A DNA stretch of 64,000 nucleotides from a virus (lineage: Duplodnaviria > Caudoviricetes). The DNA is taken from the IMG/VR virus record IMGVR_UViG_2974625740_000001, positions 19,220-83,219 of that record; one strand, 5' to 3'. The notes beneath the pieces were generated by a model, which was given only the letters and a program-made list of their open reading frames with translations, searched no databases and was not told where the DNA came from. Within the stretch, counting starts at the first letter, position 1, and every line of letters begins with the position of its first letter. Positions 44,507-53,658 of the stretch are shown in pieces. A program made the position numbers and the translations under genes.

Positions 44507-45238
44507 TTGAACAACGACAGGCCAAGGTGTGTCGGATGCCGTCGCGTGTTGAGGCCCGAGGAACAGGACCTCGCGCGGATCGTGTGCTTCCTGTGTGAAG
44601 ATGGTGTGAAGGACCACCTCAACGCGCTGGCGGGACCTGACGGCCTGTTCGCTCAACTCGTGTGGAAGGGCACCGACGCCCTCACCCCGGGGTCACGCCG
44701 GAGCAGCTCGGACCCGGTCGTCAAGATGTCCAAGGTCACCGCGCCCTCGCCCGTCAACCTGGGTGCAGCGAACCTGCTCGGGGCGGGTGGCGTCGTCCAG
44801 ACCCTGCAACGCTGGGTCAGGATGTGGTACGCCGAACTCGGGTTCCGCGAGCCGATCTGGCGGGGTCAGCTTCATTACGTCGTGCTGCTGGCACCGGGGG
44901 GCGACCAGGTGCGCCGACCGGGCCAGCTCGACAACACGGTCAAGGCCCTGCTGAACAACCTGCCGTGGGCGTGCGAGCACCGGGCCGACTTCGGCGACTT
45001 CCGGCACGAGGTGCGCAAGTTCGTCGAGGATGCCGAGATGGCGGTCGACCCGACTCGGGAGAAGCGCGCTCGGGTGCAGGTCGGCAAGTGCCCGGCTGAC
45101 GTCGACGGGCTAGTCTGCGGTCACATGCTGGAGGCCGACCCGATGGCTCCGGCCATCCGCTGCCCGAACTGCGGGACGCGCTGGCAGCGCAACCAGTGGG
45201 TCGACCTCGCGCAGGTCGTCCGCAACAACCTGGGGTGA
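44507..45238 (+). CDS. Zn-finger hypothetical protein
   Basis: TTG start with RBS GGAG; CVGC..CFLC and CP..CG..CPNCG. Confidence 0.65.
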   Translation: MNNDRPRCVGCRRVLRPEEQDLARIVCFLCEDGVKDHLNALAGPDGLFAQLVWKGTDALTPGSRRSSSDPVVKMSKVTAPSPVNLGAANLLGAGGVVQTLQRWVRMWYAELGFREPIWRGQLHYVVLLAPGGDQVRRPGQLDNTVKALLNNLPWACEHRADFGDFRHEVRKFVEDAEMAVDPTREKRARVQVGKCPADVDGLVCGHMLEADPMAPAIRCPNCGTRWQRNQWVDLAQVVRNNLG

Positions 45239-45245
45239 AACACGC

Positions 45246-45280
45246 CGACGCCCCCGACCCGGTGAAGGTCGGGGGCGTCG
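45246..45280. terminator. bidirectional stem-loop
   Basis: cgacgcccccgacc / ggtcgggggcgtcg. Confidence 0.65.
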
Positions 45281-45286
45281 TGTTGC

Positions 45287-45571
45287 TCAGACGAGGTGGT
45301 CGACCAGGTAGATCCGGGCGAGAGCCGCCGCGTGCTGATCGGTCTTCGGCATCGTCCGGCCGAGGTTCTTGCCGTTGATGACGTCCGCGTTGTGCGACTT
45401 CCGGATGACCTCCAGGGCGTTCGCGATGGGGAGCGGGCTGGTGAAGGTGACGAACGATCCGTCCTCGTCCTTGACCCGGACCTCGCCGAGGGTGTCGGCA
45501 CCCCGGTGGATCAGCGTCAGGATGTGGTTCTCCTTGTTGAACCCGGCTTCCTTGAGGGCCTTGATCGCCAT
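45287..45571 (-). CDS. hypothetical protein
   Basis: MAIKALKEAG...; RBS GGAG; own promoter. Confidence 0.7.
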   Translation of the reverse strand: MAIKALKEAGFNKENHILTLIHRGADTLGEVRVKDEDGSFVTFTSPLPIANALEVIRKSHNADVINGKNLGRTMPKTDQHAAALARIYLVDHLV

Positions 45572-45616
45572 GGTTTGTCTCCCATCTCCGGGGGCCGTGT
45601 GCCCCGCTGTGATTCC

Positions 45617-45646
45617 ATTAAAGCACACGGCTTGCCCAACGCGCAA
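45617..45646 (-). promoter_or_regulatory. dyad promoter, class I
   Basis: TTGCGC-N18-TTTAAT. Confidence 0.75.
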
Positions 45647-45690
45647 GTACACCTCGGGCCCCGACCTTTCGGCCAGGGCCCGAGGGCGTG

Positions 45691-45960
45691 TCACCAGTGG
45701 AGGCCGAAGCCCCGGTGCCGGTAGTTGTCGATGCGCTCCTGTGCGTCGCGCTGGTTCCGGCGTGCCAGCCACGCGATGGCCAGCGCGATTCCGGCGGTCG
45801 CCCCACCGGGGGCCGACAGGGCGACCCCGAGCAGGCTCCCGGTCAGCTTGCCGACCAGGACCCCCAGGGCGACGAGGGCGAACCCGCCCCACATCACCCC
45901 GAGGGCGATCTTCACGTCGCGGGTGGCGCGGTTCAGGTCGCGCCGGTAGCTCTCGATCAC
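45691..45960 (-). CDS. membrane protein
   Basis: 2 TM; RBS AGGAGG. Confidence 0.6.
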   Translation of the reverse strand: MIESYRRDLNRATRDVKIALGVMWGGFALVALGVLVGKLTGSLLGVALSAPGGATAGIALAIAWLARRNQRDAQERIDNYRHRGFGLHW

Positions 45961-45962
45961 GG

Positions 45963-46139
45963 TCAGACCTCCTCGCCCGCTGCACGAGCCGCGATGCGCG
46001 CCAGCCGCGCCTTCTGCTCCTCCTTGCGCTTCGCGATCGCCGCGCGCTCCTCGTCGTTCAGCTCGCGGTTCTCGACCTTCACGACCGGGCTCGCGCCCAT
46101 GTTGTTGAGAGTGCGGCCGAGGTGGCGGGGCTTGCGCAT
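45963..46139 (-). CDS. small basic/coiled-coil protein
   Basis: MRKPRHLG...; RBS GAAGGAG. Confidence 0.65.
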   Translation of the reverse strand: MRKPRHLGRTLNNMGASPVVKVENRELNDEERAAIAKRKEEQKARLARIAARAAGEEV

Positions 46140-46188
46140 TTCGGGCTCCTTCCGGGGGGCCGGTCCGTCCGGCCCCCGCTCTAATTCC

Positions 46189-46217
46189 ATTAAATCACGA
46201 GCTTGCCCGGGGCGCAA
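46189..46217 (-). promoter_or_regulatory. dyad promoter, class I
   Basis: TTGCGC-N17-TTTAAT. Confidence 0.75.
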
Positions 46218-46234
46218 TGCCCCGGGCGGGTCGG

Positions 46235-46435
46235 TCAGTGGCGGTTGCGAGCCTCGATGTACGCGGCGAACTCGTCGTCGGTCGCGGACTCCAGCAGCTC
46301 GGCGCGGTCCTCCTGCGCCTTGCGGATGGTGTTCCGGGCGGTGACCCGGGTGATGTCGGCCTGGGCGTTGCGCAGGTTCCGGCGGGCCTGGCGGCTGACG
46401 TGGTCCAGCTCCAGCAGCTTCTCGACGACGGTCAT
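46235..46435 (-). CDS. small helical hypothetical protein
   Basis: RBS GAGGAG; own promoter. Confidence 0.65.
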   Translation of the reverse strand: MTVVEKLLELDHVSRQARRNLRNAQADITRVTARNTIRKAQEDRAELLESATDDEFAAYIEARNRH

Positions 46436-46478
46436 TTCGGGCTCCTCTCGACGGGACCGTGTGCCCCGTTCTGATTCT

Positions 46479-46507
46479 ATTAAAGCACAACCTTGCCCGA
46501 CGCGCAA
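46479..46507 (-). promoter_or_regulatory. dyad promoter, class I
   Basis: TTGCGC-N17-TTTAAT. Confidence 0.75.
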
Positions 46508-46520
46508 ATCCCCAACCCAG

Positions 46521-46536
46521 TGTGACGAGCGTCACA
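46521..46536. promoter_or_regulatory. CRP-like box
   Basis: TGTGA-cgagcg-TCACA. Confidence 0.55.
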
Positions 46537-46567
46537 CCTCGAGAGTTTACCGTCGCACCATGCCCAC

Positions 46568-46597
46568 TTGTCGAAGGAGCAATCCCCATGATAAGAT
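46568..46597 (+). promoter_or_regulatory. dyad promoter, class II (transfer module)
   Basis: TTGTCG-N18-TAAGAT, TTG-N9-CAA. Confidence 0.7.
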
Positions 46598-46650
46598 GGT
46601 AATCCACCCGGTGCGGAAGCACCGGCCCTAAACTGATAGAGGTGAATCCG

Positions 46651-47922
46651 ATGGCGGAGAGGAAGCAGGCTCCCGTGAGTGACCCGGTTGAGCCGCGCAC
46701 CCGCCGGGGTCGCCGCAAGCTGGACGACGTTGCGGCCGAGGCAGCGCGCACCGCTGCCCGTACCACCGGCAAGGCCACCGCTGCCAAGACGGCGGCACGC
46801 ACCAAAACGGCCCTGCTCACCGAGCAGGAGAAGCAGGCGCAGGTCATCGCGCGACAGAAGGAGCGCAAGGCCAAGGAGCGCAAGGAGCGGAACGCACGGC
46901 GCTGGGCCGACTTCAAGGTTAAGGCCGCGTCGTTCGGTCGCACCGCGATGATCGTCGGTCCCATCACCGCGCCGATGTCGATCGCCTGGACCGGCCAGAT
47001 CGGGTTCGCCCAGGGCATTCTCAAGTGGCCGTTCGCTGGCGGCGTGATGTACGCGGCGGCTTACGAGCTGTCGATCATCTTCTGCGCCTGGATGTACCAC
47101 GAGGCACGCAAGGACGGCGACAGCGGGACGTACTACCGCGCGCTTACCTGGATGTTCGCCGTGGCCAACGGCGTGCAGCAGTGGTGGCACTGGGCCGACG
47201 ACTGGAAGGCAACGCCCCGATCGGTCACGTACTCGGTCATGACGGCGGTCGGCATCCTGATCTGGGAGGCGTACGCCAAGCTGATCCACCGCCGGAAGCT
47301 GCGCGCGGACGGCCGGATCTCGAACCCGCGACCCCGGATCAACCTGGTGCGCTGGCTGCGCTACCCCCGGATCTCGTTCACCGCGTGGAGCGGATCGATC
47401 CGGCACAGCTTCGACGACTTCAACGACATGTGGATCTGGGCCGAGGTCGAGCGCGAGGGCAAGCAGACCCGACGCAACAAGGTCAAGGAGCTGCGCGCGG
47501 AGGTCAAGGACCTGAAGGCGCAACTGGCCGACCTGACCGACCCGAAGAGGGCCAAGGTGATCAAGGCCGAGGTCGAGCGCGTAGTGACCCCGGACCCGGC
47601 ACCCGTCGCGCCGGACCCCAAGCCCATCGACCCCGGACCCCGCCCGGAGCTGGAGGCCCCCAAGGAGGCCGACCCCGGATCTCCGGAGGCCAACCCGGGT
47701 GACGCCGATCACAGCTTCGAGCCGACCGACGCCGAGATCCAGGCTCTTCAGGAGATGGTCGAGGCCGACCAGCGGCTGAACCGCGAGAACGTCATGGCGT
47801 ACATGCGGGACGACGACAACCGCCACCGCCTGGGCCAGCCGGAGGGCATCGCGACCAAGCGCGCTGCTCTGGTTGCCAAGTGGGGACGGGACAACTACTC
47901 GAAGATCAAGGCGGTTAGCTGA
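46651..47922 (+). CDS. DUF2637-like (Spd/transfer) membrane protein with a coiled coil
   Basis: 4 TM core (YAAAYELSII...WMFAVANGV...EAY); RPRINLVRWLRYP; Pro-rich linker. Confidence 0.65.
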   Translation: MAERKQAPVSDPVEPRTRRGRRKLDDVAAEAARTAARTTGKATAAKTAARTKTALLTEQEKQAQVIARQKERKAKERKERNARRWADFKVKAASFGRTAMIVGPITAPMSIAWTGQIGFAQGILKWPFAGGVMYAAAYELSIIFCAWMYHEARKDGDSGTYYRALTWMFAVANGVQQWWHWADDWKATPRSVTYSVMTAVGILIWEAYAKLIHRRKLRADGRISNPRPRINLVRWLRYPRISFTAWSGSIRHSFDDFNDMWIWAEVEREGKQTRRNKVKELRAEVKDLKAQLADLTDPKRAKVIKAEVERVVTPDPAPVAPDPKPIDPGPRPELEAPKEADPGSPEANPGDADHSFEPTDAEIQALQEMVEADQRLNRENVMAYMRDDDNRHRLGQPEGIATKRAALVAKWGRDNYSKIKAVS

Positions 47923-48200
47923 TGCGCACGTTCTACTGGCTCGCGGTGTTCGGGACGGCCGAGGTCGTCCCGGTTCCGCAACCCGTCCCCCAGGGTGACG
48001 ACCCGCTTTCGATCAACCAGGTGTTCGGGCAGCGCGTGACCCGCTCGGGCACCGTGGACATCGCCGAGGACCAGCCGACGGACGAGGTCATCAAGGGCAT
48101 CGTCGCGGGGTGCAAGGGCAGCGGGGGCGTCCACGCCGACGCTCTGTTGCTCGGGATCACGCTTTTGCCGAACGTCCTGGTTCCCGGTTACGGAACGTAA
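47922..48200 (+). CDS. hypothetical protein of the transfer module
   Basis: Stop/start overlap. Confidence 0.6.
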   Translation: MRTFYWLAVFGTAEVVPVPQPVPQGDDPLSINQVFGQRVTRSGTVDIAEDQPTDEVIKGIVAGCKGSGGVHADALLLGITLLPNVLVPGYGT

Positions 48201-48282
48201 GTGTTGCACGCCACAGTCACAGCCGTGACACCCCCCTCCTGTCGGCTTCCTTGGCCGGTGGGAGGGGGTCCCGAGGACCCGA

Positions 48283-48318
48283 GTCACAATCACAGTCACG
48301 ATCACAGTCACAGTCGAC
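48283..48318. repeat. 6-bp tandem repeat (RTCACR) x6
   Basis: gtcaca atcaca gtcacg atcaca gtcaca gtcgac. Confidence 0.8.
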
Positions 48319-48340
48319 GATAACAGGAGGTGACAGACAG

Positions 48341-50065
48341 ATGGCGGACGCCAAGGCAACAGAAGCGGAAAAGGTCGACACGTCGGCTGCGCCGGAGCCC
48401 GAGAAGGTATCTCCCGGGGCCTCGGAGGGCGCGGCCGGTCCTGAGGCCCCCGCCACTGCCCCCAGTGGCTCCCGTGGGCCGTCCCGGGCCAGGACGAGGG
48501 GCCTCCCGGCGGCACCCACAGCCGTAGCCACGGTGAACACCATCGCGGTCACCAGCGCTGCGGCTGCCAAGGCAGGCACTCCGGCGCTGGGCGTCGCGGT
48601 TGCGGTTGCCGAGGTCGTTGGCCTGGCCGCTCTCGGCCTCAGCCAGCGTCGCAAGGTCAAGCGCAACAACCGCGCTCGGCAGTTGCGCGAGCAGGCTCGC
48701 CAGCGCGGTCTCGGTCAGTCGCCGACGTCGCTCCGCTCGGGTCGCTGGACGCCCTCGGGTTCCGGGTCCGGCGGTGGGTCGCGCCGAAACAACGGGTCGG
48801 GATCGACCAACAACCGGGGCGGTGGCGGCACTCGACCGACCGGGCCGAGGTCTGTCAATACCGGGTCCCGATCGACCCCCACGCGGTCCGGGTCTGGAGG
48901 TCCGGGCACCGGAGGAGGTCGGCACCGCCGGAACAACGGGTCCGGATCGGGCGGAGGTCGAGGTCTGCTCGACCGCAAGCGCCGGAACGGATCGGGGTCC
49001 GGGTCCGGATCGGGCGGATCGACCTCCCCCAGGTCGAGGCGGCTGAATCGGCAGAATCAGAGGTCGGGCAACAACGGATCTGGATCGAACCGACACCAGA
49101 ACCGGACCCCCACGCTGTTCAGCAAGCCGGGTCAGCCGAGTCGGCTCCGGCAGGCGATCGGACCCCGACCCGCTGGCCAGCGTCGAGGTGGCCTGATCCG
49201 GAACGGCAATGGTCAGCGACGCCGACCTTTCGCCGCGATCGGCCGAGGGGTCGGTCACGTCCGCAACGGTGGACGTCGGATCGGGCGCGGTGTGGTTCGG
49301 GCTGCTGGCCGGATCAACCGAGCCGCGAGGGCGGTCGGCCGAGGTGCGCGCAGGGTCTGGAACGCTCGGCCGACCAGGGCCGCGCGACGTTGGACCATCG
49401 GCAGTTTGCGGAGGGCCTGGGGCATCCTGGGTCCGGCGGTCGGCGCGGTTCTGGCTGGCGTTGGCGCAGCGGTCCGGCGTCGAGGTTGGCGAGGTATCTG
49501 GACCGCGATGACCACCACCTGGGGGCGACTGCGCGCCAGGTGGGGACCGAAGAACGGCAAGCACGCAAAGGCGGCAGCAGCAGCAACGCCACCGCCCCCG
49601 GTAACACCCGCAACAACGATCAAGCGACCGGCTCACATGATCGGCGCAACTCCGTCCGCAACTGGCGGACCGACTGGACTCACTGGAGGTAACAGCATGG
49701 CTATGGCACGAATCATCGAGCAGTCGCGTGAGATGGTCGGCGCGGCGATGATGTACAACCCCGACGAGGGGATGATGCAGATCGGCAACGACATCGCGTC
49801 GATCGAAGAGGTCCTGCTCAACGTCGCCACCGCGATTCAGGCGATGACCCGGCAGGTGCAGGAGGGCGAGACCCCGATGCACCCTGCGATCGTGGACAAG
49901 GTCAAGGCCATCCACGGTGGCATCGTCAACCTGTCGCAGGAGGCGAAGGAGCTGAAGCCCGCGTTCGAGAACCTGCACAACGTGGACATCAACCGCATTC
50001 GCAACCCGCGACCGGGCGAGCAGCGGTGGGACCTGTCCGCCAACCGCGACTACGTCGGCCGATAG
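48341..50065 (+). CDS. TraA-like plasmid transfer protein
   Basis: RBS AGGAGG; TM segment, Gly/Ser/Arg-rich disordered region, helical C-domain (YNPDEGM...H.VDINRIRNPR..E..WD) as in Streptomyces plasmid/AICE tra operons. Confidence 0.6.
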   Translation: MADAKATEAEKVDTSAAPEPEKVSPGASEGAAGPEAPATAPSGSRGPSRARTRGLPAAPTAVATVNTIAVTSAAAAKAGTPALGVAVAVAEVVGLAALGLSQRRKVKRNNRARQLREQARQRGLGQSPTSLRSGRWTPSGSGSGGGSRRNNGSGSTNNRGGGGTRPTGPRSVNTGSRSTPTRSGSGGPGTGGGRHRRNNGSGSGGGRGLLDRKRRNGSGSGSGSGGSTSPRSRRLNRQNQRSGNNGSGSNRHQNRTPTLFSKPGQPSRLRQAIGPRPAGQRRGGLIRNGNGQRRRPFAAIGRGVGHVRNGGRRIGRGVVRAAGRINRAARAVGRGARRVWNARPTRAARRWTIGSLRRAWGILGPAVGAVLAGVGAAVRRRGWRGIWTAMTTTWGRLRARWGPKNGKHAKAAAAATPPPPVTPATTIKRPAHMIGATPSATGGPTGLTGGNSMAMARIIEQSREMVGAAMMYNPDEGMMQIGNDIASIEEVLLNVATAIQAMTRQVQEGETPMHPAIVDKVKAIHGGIVNLSQEAKELKPAFENLHNVDINRIRNPRPGEQRWDLSANRDYVGR

Positions 50066-50078
50066 GAGGCTACGCACC

Positions 50079-52175
50079 ATGGGTAAGGTAATCGACTGGG
50101 ACGCTGGGCACGGTCCCGTCACGGGCACGCTCAACGCGGCGTATTCAGCGCTGGGCGTTGCTGCGGTCGGCCATGAGGCCGGGTTGCCTCCCGTCTGGGC
50201 CCTGGGTGCATCCGCTGTGGGTGCGCTCGGGGCCGGAATCGCGGGGGCATCAGCCGAGGAGCCGCTTAGCAAGGGCGCGATCCTTGCGCGCACGGGCGGC
50301 TGGCTGGCGGGTGGCGGCTGGGTGACCTACGCGCTGACAACCGACACGATCTGGTCGTGGTCGGTCATCGGACCGCTGGCGGCGTGTACGTGCGGTTTCG
50401 CCAGCCTGGCCGGAGCGATCGGCCGGAAGCGACGTCGCCAGCTTGAGCGCGAAGAGCGCGCGTTCATGGCGCTGACCCGCACGCGCATCGGCCTGGAGTG
50501 GGTCGCGCGCATTGAGCGGGTGTGCGGCATCAAGGGGTGCGTGGTCGAGGGCGTCGAGCAGTGGGTCGACGAGAACGGCAACGAGACCGGGGCCGGATAC
50601 GACCTCGAAATCCTGATGCCCGAGGGCGGTGCGAACTGGCGTCAGCTCGCCGGAGCCAACGAGCAGTTGGCCTCAGACGCCGACCTGCCCGAGGGGTGTG
50701 GCGTCGAGGTGTTCAGCGGCACCTCGCGCCGTCGCGCCATCATCAAGGTGCAGCTGGTCAACAACATGCTGAGCGAAGACCAGGAGGTGCCGCTGGATGC
50801 GTCGCCGCTCGACTTCAACGATTTCTTCGACATCGGCAAGCTGCGTGACGGCGGTGTCGCCAAGATCCACATTCGCGAGTTCTCCGCGATGCTGGTCGGC
50901 GCGAAGCGAACCGGTAAGACGAACCAGCTCCTTGCGATCATCACACGACTGCTCCGGATGCCCAACCTGCGGGTGTGGGTGATCGACTTCAACGGGGGTG
51001 GCGTCGCCCTTCAGTGGCTGCGCGCGTGGGAAGCCCTCGGGAAGCCTGGACGGCCTCCGATCGACTGGGTGGCCGCCGACGTCGACGAGGCCGCCCGGAT
51101 GGCCAACGCGGCTGTCCGCGTGGCCAAGGCACGCAAGGTCGAGTACCAGCAGCTCATGGCTGAGGCTGACACCGACCTGCTGCCGCTTACCGCCGAAATC
51201 CCGGGCATCCTCATCATCACCGACGAGGGGGCCGAGGTCTACGCGAACCCCAAGCACCGGGTTGCAGCTGAGCCGATGAAGGAGGTCCTTCGGATCGCTG
51301 GCGCGTCCGGCGTGAACCAGCTCAACTGCTTCTTGCGAGGCACCGCCGACACGACGGGCGACACGATCATCAAGAGCCAGTCGACCGTGCGCATCGGCAT
51401 GCGGATGTCGGACGAGCAGGAGATGTCGTACCTACTCGGCTGGCGTTCCGGCGTCACCCCGGCGGACATGCCCGAGCAGGGGTTCGGCGCGCTGTCGATG
51501 GACGAGGCCAAACCGGCGCAGATCTTCAGGGGGTGGCGGGTCAAGCCGAGCCACATCAAGTGGTTCGTCGAGCACACGGCCGGATATCGCCAGAACGAGG
51601 CGTTCGACGAGGTCAGCTTGAAGGCGATGGGCGAGGTCTACGCCACCCGCTGGGAGCGTGCCGAGTTCGTGTTCAACTCGGCTGTCCCCGCTCCCCAGGT
51701 GACCACGACGATGGTCCTCGACAAGGACGACGAGGGCGAGAGCTGGGGTGCCAGCGTCGACCCCAAGCAGGCGTCCGAGAACCTCTCGAAGGCCATCGAA
51801 GAGGCCAAGGCGGCACGGGGCACCCCGGAGCAGTCCGAGGCCGACGAATGGGCCTCCCTGGTGCAGGGCGGGGGTCTCTCCGACCTGGAGCAGTACTCGT
51901 TCGACAACCCCCCGCCGGAGCCGCCCCCGATCGACCCGGACGACCCCCAGTCGGACGAGCAGGAGGCCAACGACATCAGGGACGTCGCGGTCGGCATGGT
52001 CAAGGCCATGGGGTCCGAGGGAATCACCGTGGCTGAGGTCGTCAAGGCCCTTCAGCGTCAGTACGGTGACGACGCCCCGGTCCGCGAGACCGTGTTCCGC
52101 TGGTTCAAGAAGGACGACCGGATCGAGAAGATCGGCCACGGTCGATACGCCTGGAAGCAGGAGGAGGGCAACTGA
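50079..52175 (+). CDS. traB: TraB-like FtsK/SpoIIIE conjugative dsDNA translocase
   Basis: N-terminal TM helices, Walker A GAKRTGKT, Walker B IITDE, RIGMR, C-terminal winged helix (VRETVFRWF..IEKIGHGRY). Confidence 0.8.
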   Translation: MGKVIDWDAGHGPVTGTLNAAYSALGVAAVGHEAGLPPVWALGASAVGALGAGIAGASAEEPLSKGAILARTGGWLAGGGWVTYALTTDTIWSWSVIGPLAACTCGFASLAGAIGRKRRRQLEREERAFMALTRTRIGLEWVARIERVCGIKGCVVEGVEQWVDENGNETGAGYDLEILMPEGGANWRQLAGANEQLASDADLPEGCGVEVFSGTSRRRAIIKVQLVNNMLSEDQEVPLDASPLDFNDFFDIGKLRDGGVAKIHIREFSAMLVGAKRTGKTNQLLAIITRLLRMPNLRVWVIDFNGGGVALQWLRAWEALGKPGRPPIDWVAADVDEAARMANAAVRVAKARKVEYQQLMAEADTDLLPLTAEIPGILIITDEGAEVYANPKHRVAAEPMKEVLRIAGASGVNQLNCFLRGTADTTGDTIIKSQSTVRIGMRMSDEQEMSYLLGWRSGVTPADMPEQGFGALSMDEAKPAQIFRGWRVKPSHIKWFVEHTAGYRQNEAFDEVSLKAMGEVYATRWERAEFVFNSAVPAPQVTTTMVLDKDDEGESWGASVDPKQASENLSKAIEEAKAARGTPEQSEADEWASLVQGGGLSDLEQYSFDNPPPEPPPIDPDDPQSDEQEANDIRDVAVGMVKAMGSEGITVAEVVKALQRQYGDDAPVRETVFRWFKKDDRIEKIGHGRYAWKQEEGN

Positions 52176-52660
52176 TGGAGATCAACGCGTTGTTGGCCGT
52201 GTTCGTCGCTCTGTTCGTCGGGCACAGCGTGGCCGACCACTGGGTGCAGACCTCGTGTCAGGCCGTTGAGAAAGCGTACGGAGCCCCGGGCACGTCGAGG
52301 GAGCTTCGACGTCGCGGACAGCTCGCTTGCCTGCGGCACGTCCTCACGCTGACGGCCACGAAGTGGCTGCTCGTGCTGGTCGTCGTGGTCCCGTTTCACG
52401 TGAAACTGAACTGGTGGCAGGCCCTCGCTGGCCTCACCCTCGACGCCGTGTCGCACTACTGGGCCGACCGTCGATGGACCCTGGAGGAACTGGCGCGGTA
52501 CGTCGGCAAGGGCGAGTTCTACGACCAGGGCACGGACCTGGTCGACTGCGCTGGCGAGAAGCGTCCCCACATCGGCACCGGTCGGTACGCGCTCGACCAG
52601 AGCTGGCACCACCTGTGGTTGCTGATCGGCGCGTGGATCGCCACGGTCCCACTGCCCTGA
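52175..52660 (+). CDS. DUF3307-like membrane protein
   Basis: HSVADHWVQT, SHYWADRR, LDQSWH. Confidence 0.7.
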   Translation: MEINALLAVFVALFVGHSVADHWVQTSCQAVEKAYGAPGTSRELRRRGQLACLRHVLTLTATKWLLVLVVVVPFHVKLNWWQALAGLTLDAVSHYWADRRWTLEELARYVGKGEFYDQGTDLVDCAGEKRPHIGTGRYALDQSWHHLWLLIGAWIATVPLP

Positions 52661-52670
52661 CCCGACACAC

Positions 52671-52707
52671 GACGAGGCCCCCGCCACTCCCCGGCGGGGG
52701 CCTCGTC
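52671..52707. terminator. bidirectional stem-loop
   Basis: gacgaggcccccgcc / ggcgggggcctcgtc. Confidence 0.7.
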
Positions 52708-52712
52708 TGTGT

Positions 52713-53015
52713 TCAGTCCATCAGCATCGCCGCGACCAGCTCAGCCGGGATGGTGTTGGCCTCGATCGCGTCGCGCCACTCCTGGTCGATTCGGGCGACC
52801 TCTTCAGCGTCGGCCCACCAGGCGATGTTCTTGACCTCGCCGTCGACCACGCGCTGCCCGGTCCCGAGGACCTTGTCCCCGACCGGCTCCTTGGCGAACA
52901 GCCGGACCAGGTCGGTCGGCCGCTGCGGCAGGACCGGGAACCGGACCCCCACGATCTCGACGACCGCGAGACGGCTGTCGATGTTGCCCAGGACGAACTT
53001 CACGCGCTCCGTCAT
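52713..53015 (-). CDS. hypothetical protein
   Basis: RBS GAGGGAG; own promoter. Confidence 0.7.
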   Translation of the reverse strand: MTERVKFVLGNIDSRLAVVEIVGVRFPVLPQRPTDLVRLFAKEPVGDKVLGTGQRVVDGEVKNIAWWADAEEVARIDQEWRDAIEANTIPAELVAAMLMD

Positions 53016-53080
53016 TGGAAGCTCCCTCTTGAGTTTTCAACGGGGGCGGTGCGGTTGCCCGCCCCCTCCCTGCTAATTCT

Positions 53081-53109
53081 ATTAAATCATAGCCTTGCCA
53101 ACCGCGCAA
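53081..53109 (-). promoter_or_regulatory. dyad promoter, class I
   Basis: TTGCGC-N17-TTTAAT. Confidence 0.75.
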
Positions 53110-53178
53110 GTACCCAACCCGAAACACGCCGACGCCCTCCGCCGTGGGGGTGGCGGAGGGCGTCGGCTGGCGGTGCGG

Positions 53179-53568
53179 TCAGGGCATCAGCTCGCCCACG
53201 GCGACCTCGTCCGTGTGGCCGTTCTGGTCGGCCCGCTCGGACTCGGCGCGCTGGCGCTCCTGGGCGACCACGTACGGGTCGAGGTACTCGGCGTTCGGCT
53301 TGATGTCGAAGAACATCGCGACCTTCGTGCCCACCTGGCCCGGGGCCTGTTGGCGCGCGAATTCCAGGATGTCCTCGACGATCTGGCCGTACTGGGCCTT
53401 GTGACGAGGGGCGACGAGCCCGGATGTCGACATGTGCCCGAAGCCGTTGGGCACCTGGTACGACACGGTGACCATGTAGTACCAGAAGCCTTCCTGATGC
53501 GGCGTGATGCTGTTCGCGCCCGGCCAGATCTGGTGGCCCTTGAACTCCGTCGACTGCACACTCGGCAT
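53179..53568 (-). CDS. hypothetical protein
   Basis: MPSVQSTEF...; RBS GGAGG. Confidence 0.65.
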   Translation of the reverse strand: MPSVQSTEFKGHQIWPGANSITPHQEGFWYYMVTVSYQVPNGFGHMSTSGLVAPRHKAQYGQIVEDILEFARQQAPGQVGTKVAMFFDIKPNAEYLDPYVVAQERQRAESERADQNGHTDEVAVGELMP

Positions 53569-53614
53569 TTCGAACCTCCCCGGGGGCCAGCCTGTCCGGC
53601 CCCCTTCTGATACC

Positions 53615-53644
53615 AGTAAAGCAGAGGGCTTGTCCGGCGCGCAA
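53615..53644 (-). promoter_or_regulatory. dyad promoter, class I
   Basis: TTGCGC-N18-TTTACT. Confidence 0.75.
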
Positions 53645-53658
53645 GTCCCCTCACCGAC

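Noticed and set aside
48308-50293. 661-aa minus-strand ORF
   Set aside because: Antisense to the low-complexity TraA-like gene; no independent signals.
46651-52660. Independent integrated AICE or plasmid
   Set aside because: No integrase, excisionase, Rep or att-like direct repeats at the borders, and the operon uses the phage's own dyad promoter.
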